A stretch of DNA of 63,180 bases, filler included, from Reticulomyxa filosa (taxonomy: Eukaryota; Protista; Foraminifera), in NCBI GenBank assembly GCA_000512085.1. It is 18 parts of 18 records of this genome, joined end to end, with 100 filler letters (N's around TTAATTAATTAA, not from the genome) between each part and the next. Parts side by side here need not be neighbours in the genome. Positions count along the whole stretch, not along the records: positions 51,936 to 57,702 come from ASPP01037964.1; positions 57,803 to 59,817 come from ASPP01040758.1; positions 59,918 to 62,007 come from ASPP01021517.1; positions 62,108 to 63,180 come from ASPP01042495.1; 14 more parts are not named here. The stretch is one strand, 5' to 3'. The position numbers and the translations under genes were made by a program. Below the pieces are notes generated by a model. It made no database searches and was not told the origin of the DNA. It was given only the letters and a program-made list of their open reading frames with translations. Below are positions 52,050 through 63,180 of this stretch, in pieces. Positions within the stretch are counted from its first letter, which is position 1. The number at the start of each line of letters is the position of its first letter.

Positions 52050-54880
52050 ATAATTCCGATGCTACATCATTAATTTTTTTTAAGTTGTAATGGCTCTCAC
52101 TCGAGAGCGATTTTGCGCGTTTCCAAACGTTGACGAGCTTCACATCTCGCGCCATAATGGAAGATTGTGGAAATGTCAATCTCATTGTCAACATGAGCAT
52201 TAGAAGGACTTGTGTGATTACGTTTACGGCGAACAAGTCTTTACATATTGTTATTGGAGTGGCAAAGAATCAAAGATGGCGCCTGCGAACAATAAAAAAG
52301 TGATCGTTGTGGAAATTACGCCTTTTAAACTATGAACAACAGATGAATGGAGACTGGTCGATACCAAAACTTACGGTATACTTGCGCATACTCACAACTT
52401 TGGATTTTGGTTCATGAGTGTGCTGATGATATGAATCGTGAGCTCGCGAGGCATTGGCATTGATGATAGGTGAAGATAGAGCTGGCTGCATTTTTTAACT
52501 CACTCCTGCTAGAGTCGTGTTCCTTGTGTGTATCGATCCAGGAGACAATTTAGCAAAGATAATTGGCGCTTGTTCGACTATGGACTACAGGCAACGTGTT
52601 AGATGATAATCAATACTTTGTATTCGCCGCATTATCATAGCACTTCGTGAAAAATAAATTGTATGTTACCAATTTGTGTTTGTTTGAGTAGAATTCGAAT
52701 AATCAATTTTGAATTGTAAAGCCATAGGGACCGTTGGCGTACTCAAAAATCACGTTCAATCATCGCATGCAAGAAAGGAAGAACAAAGAATACATCCAAT
52801 AATAAAGAAAAGAATCATTGGATCGCTAATTCAAACATTGTCGAATGGGACACATGGCGATGATGCGAGCACTTCCAATAGCAAGCTTTATCCAAGGTCA
52901 AGGTGTGTCTGTCATCACAAGGGCGAAGAGATTGGGTGAATTTTGTAGTTGGAAGAAGTCTATTATATGGTAACACTAGAACAATGGAACAAAATTATCA
53001 CAGATTAATAACAAACAATCTAGATCTTGGTGCCTCCAAAACATAAAAACAAGTTCGCCAAGAAGAACATAAAAGAAGACGGGTGAAAGAGATTTCAACG
53101 CTATGGTGTAGCAACGGCTGCAGCGATAGAAGTTGTCATAAAATATCCATTGATGGCGATCGAGCAAACGACTATCACCAGGAGAATTGCTCAATGTAAA
53201 AGTGATCCAATTCGGTGGAGGAGTTGTCTAAGACACCAGAAGGCAAGAAGATAGCAAAAAAAATTTCGAGCATATGTATATCGTGTTGGATTTTTTTTTT
53301 ATTTATAAAAATAGCACAATTGGTCGGCTTTGTTAAGTTTGTCCATGTAATCGTTTTTCATGTCTGGAAACGCGCAAAGTCGCCACTCGCAGGTGTCGAC
53401 TAAATTTCAATGTCGCGACCCAATGGAAAATTATAAATGAATGCGGCAATTTCAAGCAGTAGTAATCCAAAGTATCGTAAAGAACGTTTACAATCAACAT
53501 ATGCGCATTAAAGTCTCTGCGGATAATTGTTGGCGAAGCAAGGCGCTGATAGATCGCAATTCGACGACTTTTTTGGTGCTACTGGAACAAGGGAACACTA
53601 GTCGTTATGGAAATTGCGCTAATTTTGTTAACGTAGAGATTAAGCACTCGTGCCGAAACTAGTCGTATGCGTGCGCACATGCACGACTTGCATTTTGAAT
53701 CGTCAGCTCGTGATACATTGAGCTCTATCTCTTTCTTCATGCCTGTAGCATTTTTCGGCTCCATCGCTGCAAGGGTTGTGTGCATTGCGTTTGTCGAACA
53801 AGCGCCTATTATATTGCCAAACTGTCTCCTTGATCGGCTATGGACTACTGTCGACGTATTGGACGGCACTCAAGAAAGAGAGAAAGAAGAACAGCAGCGA
53901 ATACGTCCAAAAAAGAAATTACAAATGATAGCCTCATTCATTGTATCGCCAATCCAAAAATTGCTGAATGAGTGCATTTGTGATATGTGCGATAATTGCC
54001 AACAACGACCATTATCCAAGCTCAAAGTGTGCATCTCGTCACAAGGGCAATAAGAGCAGATGCATTTCGTATTTCGAAGATATCAATTATATATGACAGT
54101 TGAAAAAAATTCTCCAAGTTCAATCGCAGACATTCTGGACCTTGGTGCTGCCGGAATGTAAAAGCAAAAGAAAAAAAGGAAAGTGAAAACGATGTCCACA
54201 TTATGGTGTAATAACGACGGCAGCGATTGGACCGACGAAAAAGTGGAAGACGATTAAGAATAAACAAAATAATCGATATTGCGATCGAGCGAACCACTAC
54301 ATCTAGTGAATCATCACATGTGAGAGTGGTTCAATTTAGTTGTGCGAGACTAACAAGGCACCAGCAAGCAAGAAAAAGATTACGAAGATAAATAGTGTTC
54401 CGAAATTATACCGCGTTGGACTTGTTTAAAAGGAAAGTAAAAAAAAAAGCAAACAATCAATCGGCCGGCTTTATTGAAATCTGTTATGGACTTGCTCTTT
54501 ACGTCTCGAAACGCGCAAAGTCGCCACTCGCGGGCGTAGACTAACTTCCAATAGCACCACATACCAATGGAAAATACCAAATATGGCAATGTCTAGAAGT
54601 GGTACCAAAGTATTGCAAAGGACTTGTTTGCTATCAACATATATGCACACAAGTCTCTGGCGCTGTGCCAAGCCGACAATTATCCGCAAAGATGGTATCC
54701 GACGGCGATCTACTGGCGCCAAAGAGCAAGGGAAAATCCGTCGCTATGGAAATGGCACTAATTGTATAAATGCAAGACAATAATCGAAACACACATATTG
54801 GGCACCCGTGTCGAAACTGGTCGTGTGTGCGCAAATTTTTGCGCGTGCTCATGGGAGGAATCGTAAGCTCCCAGGCGACA
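52050..54880. repeat. Three tandem degenerate ~1.2-kb paralogous units (A ~52050-53310, B ~53310-54455, C ~54455-54880, partial)
   Basis: Shared collinear blocks: aatggaa, aagtct, tcg.t.tggaaat, gaatcgt.agctc, tatggactac, cacaagggc, cttggtgc, tatggtgta and gcgatcgagc. Third-position-biased divergence suggests a coding origin; many stops. Confidence 0.8.
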
Positions 54881-56036
54881 TCGACCATTGCGCACTTGCA
54901 AACATGGACGAATTTCACATAGTGCGCTCAATGGAAGTTGCTGCACGGGTGTGAATGTCAAACGCAGTCCAATGGCGACAACGACGAAATGCAGTCCGTT
55001 CAATTTTTTACTCATTTGTCAATTGTTAACCATCGGTCTGTGTTGTGTGCGCCAATATTTGGATGCCGATGCTTTATTCCACGATTTGATTTTTGGTATG
55101 CGCGGTAGAGCTAATGTTCTTTCATCTCAAAAACGTAATCGCTGTGGATTACCAAAAACTGAATCATTTGGATTCGAAAAGTGGAAGTGTCTACCATTGA
55201 CAAGACCGCCACTCAAAAAATGGTGCTCTAGAAGACATACCTTTCAATGATATCAATTTCCCCAAGTATGTCAATCGTCTAAAATAACGGAATACTTGAC
55301 GGAAACAATGTCATTGAAATCGAAGCGACATTCGCAAGACCTCAAGGAGTTGCTGTTATTTGATTGATCGTTTGTGCTCCTGTCCTCTTTCCAGTACCTG
55401 ACGATATAATTCGTGCTGGTCCATTACTTAAAAAAGTTTTTATATACATTTTTTAAAAAATATATGTACATATTCAAGAACTAACAGCAACACAACATCT
55501 TTATACGTACATTGATTATTCATTTATGTGTATATGATAGGTGTTACTTGAAATTTTGATTAGACATTTAAAGGTGTATCAATAAAGTATTGGAATGCAG
55601 ATGGACATGTTTTGCTGTTTACACTGTCATTAGTGCTGAAGCGAGTTCCCAGCGACAATTGTGACAACAACGGCAATGAAAGTAAATAGCAACCTCATGG
55701 TTGAATTGTTGCTAATAGAAACTCAATATGTCGCCGAATCATGGAGACCACACTACAACGTACGCGCCTGTCATTTTTCCAATAAAATATATTTGTTCAT
55801 TATTGAGCAAATATCTATTAGCAACGGCATGTATCGAATGTGGATCATAGTATTGCGTTTTGGATGACGTATAATTGGAAAAAAATTGAAGGTCCATATC
55901 TTGTAATGTGGTCCATGACGGATTGAAAGTAAGTCGAACAATTGAAAGGTGAGCTGATGATTATGGTGACTATGTGTGCGGCCTATAATCCAAGTTAATG
56001 TTATAATGTGACTGGAGAATAGCTGAAACATTATAA

Positions 56037-56445
56037 CACACGTATATAACATAGGTCTTCAAAGAATACAATCATATCTATCGAGAAATTGGAAAGGGGG
56101 TTGCGTTGCCAGCAAGAAAGGGTAAACCAAATTGGTGGCATATTCGATTACAAGTATTTGATACTTGCCTCAAATTTTGATTGAAAAATTTTTTGTTGTG
56201 AATTGTGTTTCTTTTGATTTTTTTAATAATACTGCCAATCCTCCTCCAGTTCATCTGATATTTCCTATCAATTATGCTCATCGTAAAAAATTTCTGAACT
56301 TTAATATTTTAAATCTAAAAGAAAGCAGAAAACATGTAGATAGATTTGATTTGGTTTTCACTTTTGTCTTTGAAAAAATGGATAATTGCGGGTGATAATA
56401 TGCAATAGATTGGTTTTGCTATTTTCTATTGTTTAGAGTTGGTAA
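56037..56445 (+). repeat. Interspersed repeat, copy 2
   Basis: Homologous to 39844-40230, which lies on a different contig. Confidence 0.8.
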
Positions 56446-56791
56446 CAATTTGAGTTATCAAGTGTTATAATAAGTATAAACAATTGTTAGAGTCAGATGA
56501 ATAAAATAAATTGTGTTGAAGTACAGATTATCTTTCAAAACAAAAATTCGTATAATTTTCAGCCAAATTTTGAAAGTTCGAACTAATATCACCACCTTTT
56601 TAAATTTGGGTGCTTTATTGATGCAATTATCGAAGGAAATACTTTTTTGTTTTAAAAGGCTATTTTGTCGAAGTGTTTTTTTCCTGTAATAAAAATGTGG
56701 AATCTTATATTAAAAAAAAGTTATCACCTACGAAAAGACGTCTTACTTAGAACAATCTCTTGGAGACAATGAATTCCAGTTGAATTTTACA

Positions 56792-57700
56792 TCAAATTTC
56801 CAGTTTGCGGTAACTGTTTTGATTTTGGTGTAAATTCTTTCCGTAAAAGTTCATGGCGCCACGGAAGGAGTTGTTGCCGGCGAAAGAAAAGAACGTCAAT
56901 GGGACAGTGATATGAAGATTAATTCCGACTTGTCCCGCTTCAATTTTGCGTTCGGTACAATCTTGCAGCAGTTCCACTGGTAGTGAAAATGGCAGTGTCA
57001 TTACCATAGGCATTAACATCAGTAAAATTAATAATCTCATCCAAGGTGCCACATCTTTGACTAGCAACACAGGACCAAAGATTTCTTCATATGAAATCAA
57101 ACAATAATTTTGTTCAACTCTCTTCTTCCCGGGCATGATCAATAAATAGTGATTTGCATTGCTTGCTAGATAATGTAACTTTGTATCAAGTCATGTGGTT
57201 CTATTCCAGTGATAATAGTAGTCCAACGAAGTTGCCTTTTGGATAATCTTTGACTTTGCAGTTTCTGCCATCTAATACTACTTTTATGCCTTCATCAATA
57301 GCAGACTGAATAATATCATTTACGCGTTGTTTAGCTTCAGGTGAGATCAAATGTCCAACTGACGTGTTTGGTTTGTGTCCTGTGTTTACATCATACGTCT
57401 TTCTAATTTCAATCAATCCAGATCCTGTTTTGCTATTTATCCGAGGATATATACATTATATGGCGTCCATACACGACATTACATAACATTTTTTATAGTA
57501 ACAAAGAATTTAAAGAAAAGGAAATTAAATATATAAATACAAATATAAAAAATATATGTACATATATAACATATAAAAGGTGCTAACCAGTTGCTGCTTT
57601 CTCCGACCAGTAACACCAGGCAAAGCGATACACCTCTAACCAGCGGACCCAAACAACGCTCATGCACAACTTGGAGCAAGCCCTTTGGGAAGTTGGCACG
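56792..57700 (-). pseudogene. ALDH6A1: Methylmalonate-semialdehyde dehydrogenase (ALDH6A1/MmsA) pseudogene
   Basis: FPKGLLQVVH, LISPEAKQRV...VVLDGR...YPKGNFVG, EEIFGPVL, YGNDTAIFTTSG, IEAGQVGIN and SFRGAMNFYGK. Frameshifts, a TGA at a conserved Cys, and a large internal deletion. Confidence 0.85.
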
Positions 57701-58759
57701 ATNNNNNNNNNNNNNNNNNNNNNNNNNNNNNNNNNNNNNNNNNNNNTTAATTAATTAANNNNNNNNNNNNNNNNNNNNNNNNNNNNNNNNNNNNNNNNNN
57801 NNGATCTCGCTTGTCTCGGCTGCTTTGTCGAATCGAAAATACGAGTTACCATCAGCTTCATTGTGAATACAATCATTAGGAGTTAAAATCTCAGCTCGGA
57901 TACGACGGAACCAGTTATTTTTATGAGTATAAAAACTCGATGCACAGTTGGGTCCCTCTATTAAAAATACAATAATATAAATAATGGTCGTACTTAAAGT
58001 TAAAAAAAATGTTCACTTGCTTAACTTTTAATGGTATCGTCCAAAATCAGCAAATTTTTTGTGATGTTATCGTCGTTTGGATTGGAATCTGTCGTCATCT
58101 TCCTTAACTTTTTTATTGAGCGCAATGCTCCAAATGGGAGAAAAATGGGCTGGCCCTTTTTGAAGTAGCTGTTAGCTAGTAGTTCTTAACATTTTTCCAA
58201 GCAAACGTAAAGTTAACAAAAATATTAAATACTGACTCTAAATTGATAATTTTATGTTATCAATATGCTTTGTACAGTATTGATGCAAAAACATGACCCC
58301 AACTGTTGAACTTAGTATTAATGATATGTAATGCAAAAGTTTAGGCTAAAACAAAAATTTACATGATTTGCGTGCACAATTTAGCTGAACATTTATGCAA
58401 GTTTTTTTGGCACTTGCCGTAGCAAGGAATCAAGCTTTTTTTATTGCAAGAGTTCTTTCATACGAAGAAAACGAACTTAGTTTTTGTAACTAGAACTAAC
58501 AAAAAATCAAGAGAAATTGTTCACTACGACTTTAGAAGCGAGAGATTTAGCCTGTGATTAAAGTTACCAAAGGCTATTAAGTGAATACTTTGACACACAA
58601 ACTATTGTTTGCGTTGTTTTGTTTTCCCAATATTAGAATCCTTCTTTAATGGAAATGTCTTCCTCATGAAAGAAGTACTTGATCGTGTTCAAGCTAGGTA
58701 CAAAAAAAAATTGATCAAATATCAATTGTCTGTGTATTCATTCACTGCGTTTGTTTTTC

Positions 58760-59690
58760 CGTTTTGTTTCAAATTAAAAAACGCAATTCCATTGGGAGAA
58801 GATGTCGTTTAAATTCAAAGTATTATTATGTGGATGAACAACGGCTTGTAAACGCTGAAACATGGTTTTTTTTGCAAACTGCTATAATTAAATGTCCCAC
58901 TGGTTCCAATTGATAAGAGTTTGAGTAGATTGCTCACTCACTGCAAAATTTTGACCAAAGTTTTTGTCATTCACATGAGGCGGGAAAGGCATACTCATGT
59001 CTCTTAAATGAGGAAATACCTTCAAAGAGTCTTTGAAGATTCTTTTCCGACAAACAACATATCACAAAAGTGCTCAAATCGCATATCATCTTTTTTCATT
59101 CAAAAGATAGAGCCACAATATATATTCATGCACAATACAGCCAAATCAATATCTATTTCTATCGTCTTACAATATATATGATATGTACATATATGAAGTG
59201 GTAAAACAAAACTTAGTCACTCCGTAACAAAAATCATTTCAATATTAAATAATAGCTGAATTGCTTTTTGCAGTTGTTTGGAGCCATCCAAAACCTTAGT
59301 GCCAGGTTCTCTTGTTTTCATTCCGACCAAACATTTGGAGGCATCACAAGTTAGAGCCCACAAATGATGATTTTTTATTATAGTTTCAATGTCATATAAA
59401 ATCTCAAATTTGTCATTGTGTGAATTGTCCTCTTGAAATGCTTTCGAACGTTGATGCCAGGGTTGTTCACGTACTCGTTTTTTACCGTCTGTAGATACGT
59501 CACTTTTTCAATCATTTCAATCAACTTTTCCATCGAATAGTGTGTATACTTCTCACTCCATTTTGAGTACTCCATATCAATCCATTCTTTTGGATGGCTC
59601 TCAAAATATTTCTTCAACTCGTTGTACTCCAAACCAATATCATAAGGTGCAAATGGCGAACCACGTTGTCCACATCAACGCCACTCCTTT
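58760..59690 (-). pseudogene. Possible sulfotransferase-like gene remnant
   Basis: C-terminal PPHVN...LINWNQWDI*L*QFAKKTMFQRL resembles the N..D..LY.+A...F..R end of Golgi sulfotransferases. NHHLWALTC lies upstream. In-frame stops. Confidence 0.35.
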
Positions 59691-60006
59691 TTTTTTTTAC
59701 AAAAATATTTGTAAATATAAAAATAATAATAATAAACTAAACTATTGTTAGTTTTCGTAATACGAATAGTTCATTCACCAAGAATAGTATTAAAGCGCAC
59801 AAAAAGAAAAGATTAAGNNNNNNNNNNNNNNNNNNNNNNNNNNNNNNNNNNNNNNNNNNNNTTAATTAATTAANNNNNNNNNNNNNNNNNNNNNNNNNNN
59901 NNNNNNNNNNNNNNNNNGGGGGGGGGAAAAAAAAAAAAAAAAAAAAAAAAAAAGGAGATAATGAACGAAGGAAACAAACAATGTTGTTGTTGTGATTGTG
60001 GTGTAA

Positions 60007-61600
60007 GATGGCGAGAAATATGGGCGCCCAGAACACTTTGATGAAGAACTAGCGACAGGAATTAATGGGGAGTTGAACCATGCTAATGTGGACACAAATG
60101 ACAATATTGAGGAAATGCAAAGGAGACAAATGGGCGATTGGATTGGAAATGATGGGGAAAATGAATACAAGCATGAAGAGAGAGATGATGGGAATGACGA
60201 TAATAATGATAATAATAATAGCTCAGATAACATTGATGATGACAATGCTTTAAATGAACAAAATCAATTAGAGACTATTGTCGAAGAAGATGGAGATGAT
60301 CACAAAATTCATGTCAAAGACATATCAAATTCACAAACTAATCATCAAAATGAAAGTCAAAAAAATAAAAGAAAACATAAAAAAAAAAAATAAAAACAAA
60401 AATAAAGACAATACTAATGATAATGTCGATAATACCAATACTAATGCCAAAAACAACAACGCTGCAAATGGCACCGTGGAAGATCAATCTCCTCCATTTC
60501 CAGATGTTGTCAAACCTGGCGCTGGTTATATGCCCAGAGTCAGTGCTTCTGATGCTTGGAATGGTGAATGGGCGACACCCGAAAACTACCAGTCAATTCG
60601 ACCTCCTAGAGATTATAACAAATCGAAACACATTCTTGAGTTAAGGAAATGTCTTTATAGTCATGTCTTTTTTTTTTCTCGTATGTGTGATGAGTTGGAT
60701 ATGAATGTTTATAAAATATGTGCATAATAATAATATATACCAACAGGAATATCTCAGAGACAAGCGACAAAAAATCTTCTGTTGTTTGCATCACTATTGA
60801 TTTACGCATGCAACAACTATTGATTGATATGGGCTTGCGAGTAATGTCACTACGAAGCGACCGTATCACCAAAATGAAAAATCATTTGACAAGAGGCTAC
60901 GAAAACGATGAGATACTAACTCAACAATATATTGAATGTGGAGTTTGCTTTCACAAATATAATGATATGAGAGTCGACCGAGTCAATTGTACTGCAAGCT
61001 GTGGAAACAGTGTGCTATACATTGTCAAGAAGTACTTGAAATCTAATGGCAGAACACGCGTTTATCGACGCTTACTGGTAAGCGTGTTTATTTTATATTG
61101 CGATATTTAATACTGCCTTTGTTACAATATGCTTGTATTGCTTTGAATATAGCATAACCGAAGAGATGGAAAAAAAAAAGAAAGGCAAAAGGATCAACTA
61201 CAAAAAAGACTTGCCCGAACAAAAAACAAAGGCACAAAAAAGAGAATTGCACTAAGGGGTGCTGACGGCAAGAAATTTGAGAAAAGGGGGGCCAACTTGT
61301 ATCGTGAATAAACCGTGGTGAACAACTTTCTATTTGCTTTTATTTTTTTTTTTTTTTTTTTGTGATGAACAAGTGCCCTTTGAGGGAGAAGAGCGAGAGC
61401 GGTACTAACACAAGACCAGACATGATTTTTCAAGCCTGCGCTCTTTTTCTCTTTTTTTTTCCTTTTTTTGCTCACAAGAGTGAAATAAGAGAGGAAAACA
61501 GAGAAAAAAGGGATTTAATTTATGTCACCGTCTGTCTTGCAAGTGAACAAATGTGCCAGGTTCCATTGGGTGATTGTTTCAAGTTGAATCAAGGTCTCTT
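60007..61600 (+). CDS. Acidic/Asn-rich protein with a degenerate RING (RBR/Ariadne-like?) fragment
   Basis: ECGVCF...CTASCGN...KKYL followed by a downstream VCLASEQMC exon. Structure uncertain. Confidence 0.35.
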
Positions 61601-62109
61601 AATGTTTAAAACAACTCACTTTTCGAAAAGTATACTGTCCTTCACCAAGACTTGCAACGACTAAATATCAATAAAGAAAAATAAAAAAAAAAGGTACATT
61701 AACACTTAATTAAATTAATATTAGTACATTGTTAGTACCTCTATTATAATAAAACTAATATATTATCAACTAGTAATCATAATAAGTCATAGAGTCGTAA
61801 ATGTAGGTCAACTTTATGTGGATCCTTTCATAGAGAGGTTTTTGCATAATGCAATAATCTTGTCCGAAGGTAATGTATGATTTATTATATATTGAAAATG
61901 ATTGTCAATGATATAACAGAAGATTATGTTCATTTTAAGGTTAAATATAGACGTCGATTTACTATATGTAATTGAGTGGATGGGTGTGTCTAATTGAATC
62001 TTAATATNNNNNNNNNNNNNNNNNNNNNNNNNNNNNNNNNNNNNNNNNNNNTTAATTAATTAANNNNNNNNNNNNNNNNNNNNNNNNNNNNNNNNNNNNN
62101 NNNNNNNAA

Positions 62110-62420
62110 GGAATGAAAGACTATTGTAAAAGATTCAAGCAGATTATGGTGTGATTTTAATCAGGCATTTGATATTGGATGATTTACAATTTTATGTGAT
62201 AACCCTACTAAACTACAAACAGCACTTGCAGTGATGAAGAAAGCATAGCAAATAACATTCTATTGGAACTAAAATATCAAAATCACAAGTATATGAAGCA
62301 TTTAATGAACAACGTATTGATATTCATGTGAAAAATATTTCAAAAAAAATCAAATTAGCTTTTCAACAATATTATCAAGATTTGGGATTTGAAATGTTTT
62401 TTCCAAGGAAATTAAGTTTC
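62110..62420 (+). mobile_element. Degenerate non-LTR RT remnant (domains 5-7)
   Basis: Across several frameshifts: AF..DD.TILCDNPTKLQTAL..., LEL.ISKSQV..., QYYQDLGF, paralleling YADD...L.+N..K+...KYLG. Confidence 0.5.
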
Positions 62421-62969
62421 AACCGAAAATAATGATATAAAATTTGGCAAGATAAAATCTTGGACAAATTAGGTCCAAAAATAAAAATATAGATTAAAAG
62501 TTTAAATGAAAAAGCAGACATGAAGATGGATGAAAAATATTATGCAGCACAGAAAATTATATTTTATATCATTTTATGGAAACCAAATGTTAATGACATT
62601 AATCATAACAATTTGAAACATATGATCAGAAATTTCTTATCAATCGTAAATTATTAAATGAAGAAGTGGGAATTATACAATTCATTGTAGATAGAATTTA
62701 TGATAACAATTTGATATTTGTAAATTTAAAATCAAGATTATTTAGGCTCATTCAATCGTCAAAAGTGCATATTGCAACAAATATAGCAACAATAATCAAT
62801 GTAGCAAGATTTATCATGAGTTCCAAAACTGGGATAAAATAAATAGGCGCTCCAGCTTAAAGAAAAAAAAACGATCAACGTATATCAAGACAAATATGCT
62901 AACATACAACACAATATAAAATACAACATATATACAGACAATAGTCCAGTAAGATCGACATTATACCAT

Positions 62970-63180
62970 GTTCAAGGTCCGGGTTATTCCTTCTTGTTAT
63001 GCCTGCTGATATTCCAGAAACCTTGAACTAATGGCTACGTACAAAGCGTCCGGTTTATGAATGTATGATATTCCAGAAACTCTGAACTCCTGGTCCTGGT
63101 TATCATAGTTCAGAGTCCGGGTTATTCCTTTTTGTCATGCCTGTCTGATATTCCAGAAACTCTGAACTCCTGGTCCTGGT
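62970..63180 (+). repeat. ~80-bp tandem repeat (at least 3 units) with internal inverted repeats
   Basis: TGATATTCCAGAAAC at ~63007, 63066 and 63146. GTCCGGGTTATTCCTT at ~62977 and 63115. Confidence 0.85.

Noticed and set aside
53490-53535. IIRRDFNAH on the minus strand resembling the GDFNAH motif of APE endonucleases
   Set aside because: It spans an inversion breakpoint, is not conserved in copies A or C, and no other APE motifs are present.
58015-58195. Frames with repeated in-frame TAA/TAG (also ~54200-54440) suggesting stop-codon reassignment
   Set aside because: Intact genes in the window end in TAA, TAG or TGA and use CAA/CAG normally. Pseudogene decay in AT-rich DNA explains the stops.
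6403-62107. Recurrent TTAATTAATTAA flanked by N runs as a possible repeat or CRISPR-like array
   Set aside because: It is an identical artificial assembly spacer. ORFs ending in X...LIN are artefacts of it.

Overview
This window is not one locus. It is about 18 short contigs joined by an artificial 100-bp spacer (N44-TTAATTAATTAA-N44). Nearly all contigs come from a very AT-rich, intron-containing eukaryote. The gene families (kelch-like 'FQTLKEL..SQCVLHKHEILICGG', WD40, HSPA12 paralogues, cAMP-receptor-like GPCR), the homopolymer-rich introns and the many pseudogenes suggest the foraminiferan Reticulomyxa filosa or a relative; this is inference, not a search result. The first ~31 kb is gene-dense: WD40, GPCR, TPR, Qc-SNARE, SDR, C2H2 zinc finger, TLC, GT25-like, PQ-loop transporter, coronin, two HSPA12 copies and FKBP-TPR. 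The rest is mostly fragments, pseudogenes and non-LTR retrotransposon remnants, plus one GC-rich alphaproteobacterial contig (OmpA-like and PRC-barrel genes). Three signals stand out. (1) Three tandem ~1.2-kb degenerate paralogues at 52-55 kb differ by at least four separate ~22-45 bp micro-inversions, each flanked by short inverted repeats. (2) An ~80-bp tandem repeat at the window end has a covarying stem and a hammerhead-ribozyme-like layout, downstream of an RT remnant. (3) A structured, pseudoknot-capable island flanked by a 9-bp direct repeat sits next to LINE RT/RNase H fragments. Exon boundaries were read by eye and are approximate.
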